A stretch of 55,003 nucleotides of DNA, from IMG/VR virus record IMGVR_UViG_3300030328_002398, positions 1 through 55,003 of that record; one strand, given 5' to 3'. The stretch comes from a virus. Its lineage: Duplodnaviria; Caudoviricetes. This document shows positions 25,950 to 36,561 of the stretch, piece after piece (positions within the stretch are counted from its first letter, which is position 1; each line of letters begins with the position of its first letter). The position numbers were made by a program, and so were the translations under genes. The notes under the pieces are model-generated. The model searched no databases, was not told where the DNA came from, and worked only from the letters and a program-made list of their open reading frames with translations.

Positions 25950-27548
25950 ATGGCAGTACTATCTTCTCCAATTAAATCTACAAGTTCCCTTGCAAGAAAG
26001 CAAAAGACTGAGGGAAAAGTAAAAGGAGCGGATTCGGTACTTAAAGCTTCTTCTAAGAAGTTGCAATTACCAGAGAATGATGATACTCCAGTAACAGTAA
26101 CTAAAGTCAATAAGATTGTAGAGACTAAGGTTAAGAGGTTACAACCAAAGATAACTAAGAAGGTTCGTTCTGCAATAAAACCATTTGATCCAAGAAAGAT
26201 GTTATCTGACATCTTTAAAGGTGGTTTGGGACAATTAGAGAAATTTGCAAAGAGTTTAGCTGGTCTTAAGAAACCACTTGGAGAGATATTTAAGTTTATT
26301 AACAAGGCCAAGAATATATTCCTTAGTCTTCTTAAGAAACTTACTAAGATAAAGTTAGCTCCTAAGACTGAGCCTGGCAAGAAAGAGAAGAAAAAGAAAG
26401 GTGGTTTGATTGGAAACATACTTAAGGGTGCTGCAACTCTTGGGTTAATTGCATTGACAACTTGGGGTATTAGTAAATTATTGGACAAAGGTAAAGAAGA
26501 TAAAGGAGTTAAACCTGGCGAGAGTACAGTAAAATCAGTAGAACCATTAGAAGGAACTGAATTACTTAATAAGAAGGAAGTAAAGAAATTTAATAAAGCT
26601 CTTAAAGTTTTCCAACAAGCTCTTTGGGATTTTAAAGATCAAGTAAAGAAAGCTGCTGATTCAAAACCAAAGACAGAAGAAGAGACGACAGAAGATGAAC
26701 CCACAACTGATAATGAGAAGGTTCAAAGTTTAGCAGGTACAACACAAACTGCTTTGATTCCAGGCGACATAGCACCATCAGAACTTAATGTGTTGGTTCC
26801 TTCTGCTGGTGGAGAAACAAGTACAGATGGAAAGAAGAAGAAACTTAGTCAGCTATCGCAAGCTCATATTCCATTAAATCCACACCTACAAAAGATAATA
26901 GCTGAACAGAATAATAGTTCTGGAGGAACAACTGGTGGTGGTGGAACTCAAGGTAGTGGTGATGGAAGTACTGTAACTAAGAAATCAAAACCTCTAGGAG
27001 AAGAAAATGTAGGTGTTCAAGTAGGTAATACTAATATCAGTTATAATAAAACAGAACATGAAGATGGTAGTATAACAGAAAGCTATTCATCATTTACTAA
27101 TGACATTATTGAAACTGGTAGTATGGATGATGTGAAGATTGAAGTAGATGGCAAAATGCTTAAGAAAGGAGATCCAGGCTGGGAGGAGGCAGTAAGAGCT
27201 CAGAAGAAGAAACTATTTGAAGGAAAAGCTGGAAAAGCATTGTTAAAGGATAATCCACACCTACAGTCTAAGGTGGAAGCTAATAAAAAAGAATCTGATT
27301 TAAGAAAAGAAAATTCTCTTGGAGTTTCTAAAACAGTTGAAGGAGGATTTCAAACAAATGAGACTGTTATTAATGTTCCGCCTGGAACATCTACTGAACA
27401 GGCACTACCAAAATCTGGCAACCAAGTAGCTAGAACTCCTGATGATGCTTCTGCATCAGTAAGAGTTCCGTTTTTTATTGCTGTTGATGGCAGTAATTTT
27501 GCGTTGTTGCATAGTAAGAGTCAGTATAATATAGTGGATGCATTATGA
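25950..27548 (+). CDS. Putative baseplate/tape-measure-related structural protein
   Basis: Lys-rich helical N-terminus; hydrophobic GGLIG segment; position after gp51. Confidence 0.55.
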   Translation: MAVLSSPIKSTSSLARKQKTEGKVKGADSVLKASSKKLQLPENDDTPVTVTKVNKIVETKVKRLQPKITKKVRSAIKPFDPRKMLSDIFKGGLGQLEKFAKSLAGLKKPLGEIFKFINKAKNIFLSLLKKLTKIKLAPKTEPGKKEKKKKGGLIGNILKGAATLGLIALTTWGISKLLDKGKEDKGVKPGESTVKSVEPLEGTELLNKKEVKKFNKALKVFQQALWDFKDQVKKAADSKPKTEEETTEDEPTTDNEKVQSLAGTTQTALIPGDIAPSELNVLVPSAGGETSTDGKKKKLSQLSQAHIPLNPHLQKIIAEQNNSSGGTTGGGGTQGSGDGSTVTKKSKPLGEENVGVQVGNTNISYNKTEHEDGSITESYSSFTNDIIETGSMDDVKIEVDGKMLKKGDPGWEEAVRAQKKKLFEGKAGKALLKDNPHLQSKVEANKKESDLRKENSLGVSKTVEGGFQTNETVINVPPGTSTEQALPKSGNQVARTPDDASASVRVPFFIAVDGSNFALLHSKSQYNIVDAL

Positions 27549-29332
27549 AACCTACTGTTGCTGTTCTTAAAGTAGAAAATAAGGTAAAGAAGACGGTTAA
27601 AAGAGCTGATGATCGTATCAAATCTTTTAACAAGTTTATTGTTGGTAAGACTATTGATTTTAAGAAGATAAAGTTACCAGAACCTATTACTTTCTTTAAA
27701 GCTAAATCCTTTATTAAGAGTCTTGATAGACTTCAAGGTGCTAAAGGATTAGGTGGAGGTGGAGGTGGTAACCCTATGGATAAATTATTACCTATTGCTG
27801 CTGGTAGTGCAATAATTACTATGGGAGCATTAATTTTTTCTCCTAATACAAAGGCTGGAGAAAGTCAAACTGCAACTGATCAGGTATTGCAAGAGCAATA
27901 TGGTGGTGATAAGAATAAGATGAAGAGGGATCTTAAGAAAGAGAAGAAGGAAGCTCAAAAAGGTTCAGATGAATATAAAAAAGTTGCAGATCAAAAAAAG
28001 AATGATATAGACAAGACAGTAGATAATTTATCAAAGAGTACTAGTACTAGTGGTGTTATGGGATCTGGAGTATTACCTAAGAAAGAAGAAGAATCGGGTA
28101 TTAAAAAGAAAGAGAAGTTAGATGTTAATAAATTTAAAAATCTATCAGATCAAGTCGCAGAACTTGTTGAAAGTGGATTATTAAAGAGAGCAATGGGACC
28201 ATCATTCTGGGAATGGGCTGGAGATAGAACTAAAGATCTTGTTGAAGGTACAAAGAGAGTTGCAGGTGGTACTTTAGATGTACTTACATTTAATGTATTT
28301 GATTTTGATAAGAAGAATGAACCAGAGAGAACAGTTGATGAAGATGGATTCCCTCGTGCTGATGGAGCTCTTGATGAGGAGAGATTTGCGAAGATCAAAA
28401 TAAATTATGTCAAAGAAGAACTTCTGACTGAGCAGAAACCACAAACTAAATTTGAACCAAAGACTGAATTTGTACCTCAGAAGGAAACATTAATAGCTTC
28501 TACAAATCTTTCTGGTATGGGAATAGAACATACTAAAGAATCTACTGGATCTACATTTGGATCTACCGATGGTGGAACTGGAAGAGTAAGTAATGCTGCT
28601 GGATGGGTTCATGGACATTTCCAGACTAATACTGGTACTGTTGATGATCTAATATCGGATGTTACTCCTATAATAGAGAAGTTAATTGCACAAGATATAC
28701 CAACAGAATTGAGTGGTGGTCAGAAGTTTAAGAAAGGAATGACTAAAGCTGAGATTTTTGAATTAATAAAACTAGGTATTAGACAACATGGTCACAGTGG
28801 TGATGGTAGATCAATAGATATATTTGTACCAGAAGGTACTAAGGTTCCTGTAGATCTAAGTGATGTGAGAGCTTATGGTGGTGCAGAGGGTGTAAGTGGT
28901 ATATTGCCTGGATCTGGTCATAGTTGGGTAGGTCATTTGACTGAAGATTCCAAGTCTGGTGGTCATCAAGCAGTCCATGATCAGTTTCCTGATTTATCTT
29001 TAAGTGGAGATGAGTCTGATTCTGAGGTGATGAGAAAGTTGATAAAAGCTCGAGATCCTGATTATAAGTTTAGTTGGGATGCTGGTTCAAGAAATATGAT
29101 GGAAGGTATAGGTTCATTCGAGACTTATCCTAGTTACAATAACCCTAATTCAAATGTGGTAAATAATATAGCCTATCTTGTTCAACAACCAAGTGCTGGT
29201 AATGTTGGAGGAGATACGGTAGTTATTAATCAAGGTAGTGGTGGCCACACAACAATGATGTTACCTAGTAGTGGAGCTGGTCCTGGCGATGTCCAGCAAG
29301 TATTTACTTTACATAGATTGAGTGGAGCATAA
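27545..29332 (+). CDS. Putative structural protein with M23-peptidase-like domain
   Basis: H..DGRSIDIFVPEGTKVP...VGHL; position in hub cluster. Confidence 0.55.
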   Translation: MKPTVAVLKVENKVKKTVKRADDRIKSFNKFIVGKTIDFKKIKLPEPITFFKAKSFIKSLDRLQGAKGLGGGGGGNPMDKLLPIAAGSAIITMGALIFSPNTKAGESQTATDQVLQEQYGGDKNKMKRDLKKEKKEAQKGSDEYKKVADQKKNDIDKTVDNLSKSTSTSGVMGSGVLPKKEEESGIKKKEKLDVNKFKNLSDQVAELVESGLLKRAMGPSFWEWAGDRTKDLVEGTKRVAGGTLDVLTFNVFDFDKKNEPERTVDEDGFPRADGALDEERFAKIKINYVKEELLTEQKPQTKFEPKTEFVPQKETLIASTNLSGMGIEHTKESTGSTFGSTDGGTGRVSNAAGWVHGHFQTNTGTVDDLISDVTPIIEKLIAQDIPTELSGGQKFKKGMTKAEIFELIKLGIRQHGHSGDGRSIDIFVPEGTKVPVDLSDVRAYGGAEGVSGILPGSGHSWVGHLTEDSKSGGHQAVHDQFPDLSLSGDESDSEVMRKLIKARDPDYKFSWDAGSRNMMEGIGSFETYPSYNNPNSNVVNNIAYLVQQPSAGNVGGDTVVINQGSGGHTTMMLPSSGAGPGDVQQVFTLHRLSGA

Positions 29333-30696
29333 TGTCTACATTACAAGATATCACAATTAAAAAGGCAATTCTCACTCCATGTAAGGGTAGTGAGGAAGGT
29401 GCTAAACCAGCAGATGGTATTGGTATAGAGAGAGCTGTAGTTAAAATAGATTATTTTGAAGATATATTATCTCCCAATGTAACATGTTACCTAAAGATTA
29501 ATAGTTCATCCAATGTTTATGGCAAGACTCCATTAAGGGGATTTGAAAGACTTGATCTTAATGTAGGTACTGGTAATGGGGATCTGATTTTTGATGAAAC
29601 AGAAGAGAGACCTCCTCTTTATGTTTCTGCTGTAAAGGATTTAATACAGTCGGAAGGAAATGAATCATTCACTTTAGTCTGCAAAACTAAAGAATGTTTT
29701 GATAATGAGGTTAGTAGGTGTGGTAAGAGATATGGTAAAGTGCCTATTAGTGCTCATGTTAGAGATATATTGACAAATACATTAAAAGTAAAGGATGATA
29801 GAATAAAAGAAATTGAGGATTGTGCTACTTCATATAGTTTTATGGGTAACATGAAAAAACCTTTTCATACTTTGATTTGGTTATCACCTAAAGCATCGGT
29901 TGCAAAACAAGGTACTTCTGGTACTTCTGGACAAGGTAAAGAAGCAAAAGCAAAAGGAACCTCTGGATATTTCTTTTATGAGAATTATGATGGATTCCAT
30001 TTCAGATCTATTGAGTCTATGCTTTCTGGAAAGAAGAATGTAAAATCAGCTGATGATAAAGAGATACCTCAATATACTGCAACTAATGTAGCTGATAGAG
30101 AAAGTACAAATAAACAGATCATTCATTTCTTTGTGGATAAGAACACAGATTTACAGAAGAATCTTAGAATAGGATTGTATAATAACTTACAATATTTCTT
30201 TGATCCTATTAATTGGCAATTAGATGCTATTAGATTTCAATTGAAAGATGAAAGAAATAATCTTGAAAAGACTGCTGGTCAGTCTTCATATATACCTCTT
30301 CCAGGCGAAGGGGATGATGCTCCATTGACTAATTTTTCATCAAGAATTATGTCAAGAATTGGCGATACAGGTATGTTAGATGGTAGTGTAAGTGAGGATA
30401 CCCAATCATCAGGTAGGGATCCCTCGGATATGTGTAAATCATTTTCGAGGTATAATTTACTTCTAACACAGTCACTAAATATAGTGATACCATGTAACAC
30501 TGCATTGAGGGCTGGTGATTTAATACACATTACCCTACCCTCTTCGACTCCCACTGAAGGAAACTTAAAGGAGGCGGATAAAGCTCAAGGTGGAAACTAT
30601 CTAATAAGATCGCTTCGACATCACTTTGAGATTGCAGGTGGTACTAATACTACATCATTGAATCTCATTAGAGATTCATATGGTACTGAAAACTAA
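29332..30696 (+). CDS. Baseplate hub / tail protein (gp27/GPD-like)
   Basis: YFEDI.SP, GY.FYEN..GFHFRSI, L.AGD.I, G.YLI..LRH.F, L.LIRDS. Confidence 0.7.
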   Translation: MSTLQDITIKKAILTPCKGSEEGAKPADGIGIERAVVKIDYFEDILSPNVTCYLKINSSSNVYGKTPLRGFERLDLNVGTGNGDLIFDETEERPPLYVSAVKDLIQSEGNESFTLVCKTKECFDNEVSRCGKRYGKVPISAHVRDILTNTLKVKDDRIKEIEDCATSYSFMGNMKKPFHTLIWLSPKASVAKQGTSGTSGQGKEAKAKGTSGYFFYENYDGFHFRSIESMLSGKKNVKSADDKEIPQYTATNVADRESTNKQIIHFFVDKNTDLQKNLRIGLYNNLQYFFDPINWQLDAIRFQLKDERNNLEKTAGQSSYIPLPGEGDDAPLTNFSSRIMSRIGDTGMLDGSVSEDTQSSGRDPSDMCKSFSRYNLLLTQSLNIVIPCNTALRAGDLIHITLPSSTPTEGNLKEADKAQGGNYLIRSLRHHFEIAGGTNTTSLNLIRDSYGTEN

Positions 30697-30718
30697 ACCT
30701 ATAGACGAGGTTACTATT

Positions 30719-30946
30719 ATGGAATCTATCGAAGCACACATTAAAAAAGACCAAGAGATCTTACAAGATCCTCAAACAAATCCTCAGATGCGTCGGCATG
30801 TTGAAGGCGAATTGCACGATCTAGAAGATTATGCTTCCCATCATGCTGCAGAGATTAAAGCAGGAGATCATCACGATCCTAACACTATAGAACTATGGTG
30901 TGACCAACATCCAGACGAGCCTGAGTGCTTAGTATACGACGATTAA
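30719..30946 (+). CDS. cp12: Calvin-cycle inhibitor CP12
   Basis: C-terminal ELWCDQHPDEPECLVYDD; RBS GAGG. Confidence 0.92.
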   Translation: MESIEAHIKKDQEILQDPQTNPQMRRHVEGELHDLEDYASHHAAEIKAGDHHDPNTIELWCDQHPDEPECLVYDD

Positions 30947-33457
30947 ATGATTGACAATTCCCTATTTACTACCAATTATGTTGGTAGAGACGGTTTCGTT
31001 TGGTGGATCGGCAAAGTTGCCAATGCTATCCACTGGAAAAATAGTGCAACCGATTTAGAAAAGGGATGGGCGTATAGATGTAAGGTCAGAATTATTGGTC
31101 ATCATCCATTTGATGAGGCTGAGTTGCCAGATAAAGATCTGCCTTGGGCTCATGTGATGGTTGATGCTACCTCTGGTTCTGGCCAGTCATGTTATGGTGA
31201 GAGTTCTAGAATGGTAGGTGGAGAAACTGTATTTGGTTTCTTCATGGACGGGGAGGATGCACAACAACCCGTTGTATTTGGTGCATTAGCTAGAAGTGTT
31301 AATGACACTAATTCTCCAACTAATGTATTATCATTATCTACAGAAGGTAAGAAAGCTGAGTCTGGTGCTTTTGGTACAATATCTGGAAGACTAGCAGGTG
31401 GATATGGTGCAACTACTCAACCAATAGCTAAAAAGAAAACAGTTGCAACCCCAACAGGAAATGCAGAACAGAAAGCAGGAGAAGATGGTGATACAGGAGA
31501 GAAAGAGGGATTAAGAAGAGAAACTAAGGGTGATGTAGAATTTGGTAATATTACTGCCGATCCCCATACTGCTTCTAATGGTTGTGAAGATGATGCAATC
31601 TCTACTATAACCCACACAATAGGAAGTTTTATTAAAACTATTAACTCTCTAACTGAGTTTGCTGGAACGTATATTAATGCTGCTCAAAACTTTGTTGCTG
31701 ATTTAAATAGACTTATTGGTAAGGCTACAAGAATAATTCTCGGTGCAATTAAGAGTATCATTAGAAGACTAAGAGATAAAGTAATGAAGTATCTTGGTAA
31801 GATATTTCGTAACTTAATAGGTCTAATTGTACCAGAACCACAAAAGAACCCTATCATTCAAGCTTTCAAGAGAATCATGGATTTGATTTTCTGTCTCTTC
31901 GAGAAGGCTGGTTTTGATATTATGGGTTTCATTAAGGGTCTTTTGAAAGATTTGATTGGAAAAACTATTAACGCAAGTGTCTGTGCAATAGAACAGGCTA
32001 TCTCTTCAATACTTGGTAAGTTATTAGGTACTATTTCTAAACTCCTAAAACCAATTCTAGACGGATTAGATTGGTTATCTGGGATGCTTAATAATGTCAT
32101 GAGTCTATTCAGTAAGATAACTTCTTATATGAATATGATTTTGAGTTTCTTATCTTGTGATTCCTTAAAATGTAAGGAATATGATGATTGGACACAGAGT
32201 ATGGGATTGAATACCAAAGGTGCTGGTAAGATGTCCAATGTTCTTAAGAATCTTGATTACATAGACAATCTAACTTATGAGGCTGGAGATGGATCTTTAT
32301 CCTTCTTAAGTCTGCTTGGTGGTGATTTGGATCAATTCTTTGATTGTACTGAGAAAACTAATAATCCTAAGACTCAAGATGATATTGGAAATAGTATTCC
32401 GCCAGGATTTATATTCCCTAAATGTGTCCCACCAAAAATAGATGTATTTGGTGATTGTACTAAGAAGGCGGAATTGATACCAGTAGTATCTGCTGTTGAT
32501 GGTAGTATTTTAACTATAGTTATAGCTCAGGCTGGTCTTGGTTATGAAGATGCCCCAAGTCTTAGTATTATTGATAAAACCAATCATGGTGGTGGTGCAA
32601 TTGCTAGAACAGTTATTGATGATAAGGGAAGAGTAGTTCAAGTTTATATGCTTCGTGGTGGTAGTGGATATTGTCAGACGAATGGTATTATACCTCCTAA
32701 GTTCCCTGTTACGGAAGAACCTATAGATGATCAATCACCATATATTACCTTTACAACTCCTGCTGATAATGCAGTAGGTGTTCAGACTTCTGTATCTCTA
32801 TCTGTTACATTCAATGAACCTATTATTAGAGGAGATGGTGATTTAGTTATCGTTGAATCTGCTACTAATGCTACTCATGAGACTATACCTGTAGAAGATA
32901 GTAGAATATCTTTCTTATCTTCTACTATAATTAAGATTGATCCATCACTTGACTTAAAACATAATACAGAGTATCATCTTACTATAACCTCTGGTGCATT
33001 TGAAGATTTAACTGGTAATATATTTGCTGGAATTGCAAGGACAGATACTTATAACTTTACTACAAGAGGTGTTGCTGGTATAGGAAGTGAACCTGTTGGT
33101 ATAGTTACTGATATTAGACCTGAAAAGCCTGGAATTGGTTATACCTCTGGTGATAATGGTCAGGTTGGTAATTGTAGTTTCGATTTAGTTACTACTCCAG
33201 CTGGATCTATTGTTGGTGTTAAGAATATCAAGTGTTCAGATAAACATAAGACTATTCCTGAAGTAATAATCAATACTACAACAGGTAGAGGCGCTGAATT
33301 GTTACCAGTTATTTCATATTCACCAGACTTTGTACAAGACATTGGTGAGAAACCAAATCAATATGATGAGAATGGAAATAGAATTTATGGTCCTGACGGA
33401 AAGGCTCTTGTCATTGATGTCATTGACTGTGTTGGTAAGGAGGTAATTAGAGAATAA
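30947..33457 (+). CDS. Baseplate hub/spike gp5 (N-terminal OB domain) with Ig-like insert
   Basis: GRDGFVWWIG.V, RCKVRIIG.H, LPWAHV, GE.VFGFF.DG..AQQP. Confidence 0.85.
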   Translation: MIDNSLFTTNYVGRDGFVWWIGKVANAIHWKNSATDLEKGWAYRCKVRIIGHHPFDEAELPDKDLPWAHVMVDATSGSGQSCYGESSRMVGGETVFGFFMDGEDAQQPVVFGALARSVNDTNSPTNVLSLSTEGKKAESGAFGTISGRLAGGYGATTQPIAKKKTVATPTGNAEQKAGEDGDTGEKEGLRRETKGDVEFGNITADPHTASNGCEDDAISTITHTIGSFIKTINSLTEFAGTYINAAQNFVADLNRLIGKATRIILGAIKSIIRRLRDKVMKYLGKIFRNLIGLIVPEPQKNPIIQAFKRIMDLIFCLFEKAGFDIMGFIKGLLKDLIGKTINASVCAIEQAISSILGKLLGTISKLLKPILDGLDWLSGMLNNVMSLFSKITSYMNMILSFLSCDSLKCKEYDDWTQSMGLNTKGAGKMSNVLKNLDYIDNLTYEAGDGSLSFLSLLGGDLDQFFDCTEKTNNPKTQDDIGNSIPPGFIFPKCVPPKIDVFGDCTKKAELIPVVSAVDGSILTIVIAQAGLGYEDAPSLSIIDKTNHGGGAIARTVIDDKGRVVQVYMLRGGSGYCQTNGIIPPKFPVTEEPIDDQSPYITFTTPADNAVGVQTSVSLSVTFNEPIIRGDGDLVIVESATNATHETIPVEDSRISFLSSTIIKIDPSLDLKHNTEYHLTITSGAFEDLTGNIFAGIARTDTYNFTTRGVAGIGSEPVGIVTDIRPEKPGIGYTSGDNGQVGNCSFDLVTTPAGSIVGVKNIKCSDKHKTIPEVIINTTTGRGAELLPVISYSPDFVQDIGEKPNQYDENGNRIYGPDGKALVIDVIDCVGKEVIRE

Positions 33458-34047
33458 TGCCAGAAGAAATTCCACCACAGTCGGTACAGACTAAAGAATA
33501 TATTGCCAATTATCCTGGCTTTCGTATTCATTCAGGTATAACAGTCCCAGATGGAGACATGAAAGGTCGTGTTGTTGATCTTTCAATGTATACGGATGAG
33601 GGTCAGGGTTGGTCATTTTATAAAGATGGATATCATAAACAGGTTGTGCTGGGTACATCATATGATTTGAGTGGTGTGCGACTTGAAAATAAAGGACCTG
33701 TTAATGTATATGCAAAGATAATTACTGCTGCCCAAGGACATATATTACTAGATGCTAAGGATGGTGATGTTATTATAAAGGGACATAATGTAAGATTGGA
33801 AGCTACTGGTGGAGATGGTGAGATTACATTAAAGAGTACTAAGTTTATTCAACTTGATGGATCTGTTCTTAACTTTAGAGGTACTAATATCAATGTGCTT
33901 GCAACAAATAATATAAGTATGGGTGGAAACTTCATTGAACTATCTGGTGGTGTTGGTGTTGAAGCAGGAACACAGACTGATATATTCCAAGCACCATTCT
34001 TTGGTTCTATTATGAAATTCCTAGACAAATTTAAAGACTTCTTATAA
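33457..34047 (+). CDS. Putative spike beta-helix protein
   Basis: Repeating short beta-strand pattern (I.L.A..GD..I.G.N..L.A); coupled to gp5. Confidence 0.6.
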   Translation: MPEEIPPQSVQTKEYIANYPGFRIHSGITVPDGDMKGRVVDLSMYTDEGQGWSFYKDGYHKQVVLGTSYDLSGVRLENKGPVNVYAKIITAAQGHILLDAKDGDVIIKGHNVRLEATGGDGEITLKSTKFIQLDGSVLNFRGTNINVLATNNISMGGNFIELSGGVGVEAGTQTDIFQAPFFGSIMKFLDKFKDFL

Positions 34048-34889
34048 TGGCATTTACCGCATCCATCATAATGGCAGGTGATAAGGTAGTCATTGGCGCC
34101 TTGGATATGTCATTCCTTTCTGCTACTAGTAGATTATTTCCAGGCACGTTAGTTGCTAATGGTCCCTGTTACTTTGGTACTGCAATTTCGCCTGGCATAC
34201 CTACTGCCACAGTGATGATTGGCCCTCCTATGGGTATATCTGCACCATTATCACTTAGATGTGATGGTATTGCTAACTTTCATGGTGTAGTTAATGTCAT
34301 TGCAGTCAGTACTTTTGTGGGATTATGTACCAAACTTGGTACTACCATTAAGAATGCTTTGAGTCTCAAGAATGGTATTGAGATTAAAAATGCATTGTCT
34401 GTTGGTAATGCAATAGCACAACAGAATGGTAATTTGAATGTCTCTGGGTTTGTTACTATTCAGGGATTACTTGCAGTTGGTGGTAATATAACTTGTGCAA
34501 AGATATTTGCAGGTTTTGGTGCTTTTGCTGCTGTCGCTGCACCGTTTAAGAAATTTGATATTCCTCATCCTACTAAAGAAGGTATGAGACTTAGACATGC
34601 TTGTATTGAGGGTGCAGAGATAGGTGTATATCATAGAGGCACAGTACAAGGTAATGTAATTAATCTACCAGAATACTGGAAAGGATTGGTAGATCATGAT
34701 ACAATAACAGTTACATTAACACCTATTCAAACTTATCAAGAATTGTCTTATGAAGTTATTGATTGGGGCACTAAAATTAAGGTTTTAAATAGTGCTGGAG
34801 GTCCAGTAAATTGCAGTTTCGTTGTCTATGGAGAACGGAAAGACGTTGATAAACTAGAGATCGAATATGAAGGTGATGAAATCCGATGA
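34047..34889 (+). CDS. Putative tail/spike protein
   Basis: Gly/hydrophobic beta repeats, then K.FDIPHP.K...RLRH.C.EG.E..VY.RG, LP.YW..LV. Confidence 0.7.
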   Translation: MAFTASIIMAGDKVVIGALDMSFLSATSRLFPGTLVANGPCYFGTAISPGIPTATVMIGPPMGISAPLSLRCDGIANFHGVVNVIAVSTFVGLCTKLGTTIKNALSLKNGIEIKNALSVGNAIAQQNGNLNVSGFVTIQGLLAVGGNITCAKIFAGFGAFAAVAAPFKKFDIPHPTKEGMRLRHACIEGAEIGVYHRGTVQGNVINLPEYWKGLVDHDTITVTLTPIQTYQELSYEVIDWGTKIKVLNSAGGPVNCSFVVYGERKDVDKLEIEYEGDEIR

Positions 34890-36526
34890 CTAAACCAAGA
34901 GATATAACAAAAAGACTTAGAGAGTCTAGAGAACAGAAGAAGGATCAAGTTGATCAGATGCAAGAGCAACTGACTATAATTGATGCTGTCATTGATGAAT
35001 ATGATGAATTGATTCTTAAGATGGATGGTAAGATACCTCCATTAATTAAACCAATCAACGTTGATATTACGGCAGTAGAGACTGCTTATAAGAATAGAAT
35101 TTCTCATGGATGTAGGTCTGATCTTGCTTGGCGACAGAATTCTGTTTGGGATGACGATGATGGTAGTAGTTATCAGTCATGGACTGTAGTAAAAGATCCA
35201 AGTACTAGAGTTACTATTGGATATTATGGTGGAAAGTATTGGAGATATCCTAAGAATATGGAGTATGGATCCAATGTAGTTACTGATATAACCAGTGCAA
35301 GTGTTGGTATTATGTCAGTCACCAGTGGTGGTGTTGCTCCAATGGCGATATTTGATACAAGAGGTGCTCAATTTACTGGATTCAATACTGATGGACAACC
35401 TAGTGGATATAATGCAGTAATTAAAGTTGGTGATTATGTAACTGATGCTCTTGAGAATCCTTCCATTTATACTACTGGTAACCTTCCAACTGTTGTTGGA
35501 TTAGGAACTACATCTTGGCCTGGAATGAGATATGCTTTGAGTGGATTCTGTACATCTAGTGATAATAAGATATATGGTGATAAGAATGTTGGAATATTCA
35601 CTCATGCTAATATAGGAGATTTTGTTTATGATACTGATACTACAGGTATTACCTCATTCAGTACTGGTGGAGTTTTACCAAATGGAGCAAGGATAACAGG
35701 ATTTGGAACTGCTGTGGGAATTAAGACAGTAGTTAGTGCTGGTGGTACTAGTATTGGTGTTCCTGTGGTATATGATTTCATGACTCTTAATAAGACAGTT
35801 ACCGCAAGTATTGCTGCAACAACTGGATATACATTCAACGTTGGTATAGTATCTACATATAATGCTTTATTCTTAAGTACAACAACATCTATTGGTGCTG
35901 CACTTAGTTCTTTCTTGGTTGTTCGTGGTCCTGATAATAGTGATCTTGTTTTTGACTCTACTAAGAACCCGATAGATCCTGTTGAAATAGGTATGTTGAA
36001 TGAATATAAGGTTGGTAGAGGACATAAGTTAGAACTTATTAATAATAAGGATCCAGATATTGTTGCACAGTGGCATGAAGTACAACAGGATCCAGAACCA
36101 TTAGTTGGGGCTGGATTTGCAGAGTATTGGGTGGGTGATTTAAATTGGCCAATCTTTGACGATGATGGTACTGAATCTTATGTTTATGAAGGACAAACAA
36201 TATCTTTTGCTAGTACATCAGGTAATATTGGATACAAACAAGTTCCTCCAACTGGCAGTATTCCAGGCGATTGCGGTGATTTTGATCAGGCAATATTAGA
36301 TGCTGAAACACAACTGAGTACTAGACTTGCAACTGATCTTCCAAAGATTAGACATTATATTAATGGTGCATCTTCTCTTAGAGAGATAAGAAATGATGAT
36401 GAAACGCAAGCATGGTCAATGTTGCAGGGAATTGGTTATATAAATGAGGATAGAAAGAATTTAAAAATAAGAGCTGATCAAATTGATGACTTCGATTGGA
36501 AAGGAGTTGGTGTTGACAACGACTGA
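34886..36526 (+). CDS. Virion structural protein (putative)
   Basis: Coiled-coil ends; Thr/Gly-rich G.GT core. Confidence 0.65.
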   Translation: MTKPRDITKRLRESREQKKDQVDQMQEQLTIIDAVIDEYDELILKMDGKIPPLIKPINVDITAVETAYKNRISHGCRSDLAWRQNSVWDDDDGSSYQSWTVVKDPSTRVTIGYYGGKYWRYPKNMEYGSNVVTDITSASVGIMSVTSGGVAPMAIFDTRGAQFTGFNTDGQPSGYNAVIKVGDYVTDALENPSIYTTGNLPTVVGLGTTSWPGMRYALSGFCTSSDNKIYGDKNVGIFTHANIGDFVYDTDTTGITSFSTGGVLPNGARITGFGTAVGIKTVVSAGGTSIGVPVVYDFMTLNKTVTASIAATTGYTFNVGIVSTYNALFLSTTTSIGAALSSFLVVRGPDNSDLVFDSTKNPIDPVEIGMLNEYKVGRGHKLELINNKDPDIVAQWHEVQQDPEPLVGAGFAEYWVGDLNWPIFDDDGTESYVYEGQTISFASTSGNIGYKQVPPTGSIPGDCGDFDQAILDAETQLSTRLATDLPKIRHYINGASSLREIRNDDETQAWSMLQGIGYINEDRKNLKIRADQIDDFDWKGVGVDND

Positions 36527-36541
36527 GTTATCAATTAAAAT
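36513..36541 (+). promoter_or_regulatory. Sigma70 promoter
   Basis: TTGACA-17 nt-TAAAAT upstream of the oxygenase/RNA-gene unit. Confidence 0.7.
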
Positions 36542-36561
36542 GTAATCACTAGGGCAAAATT

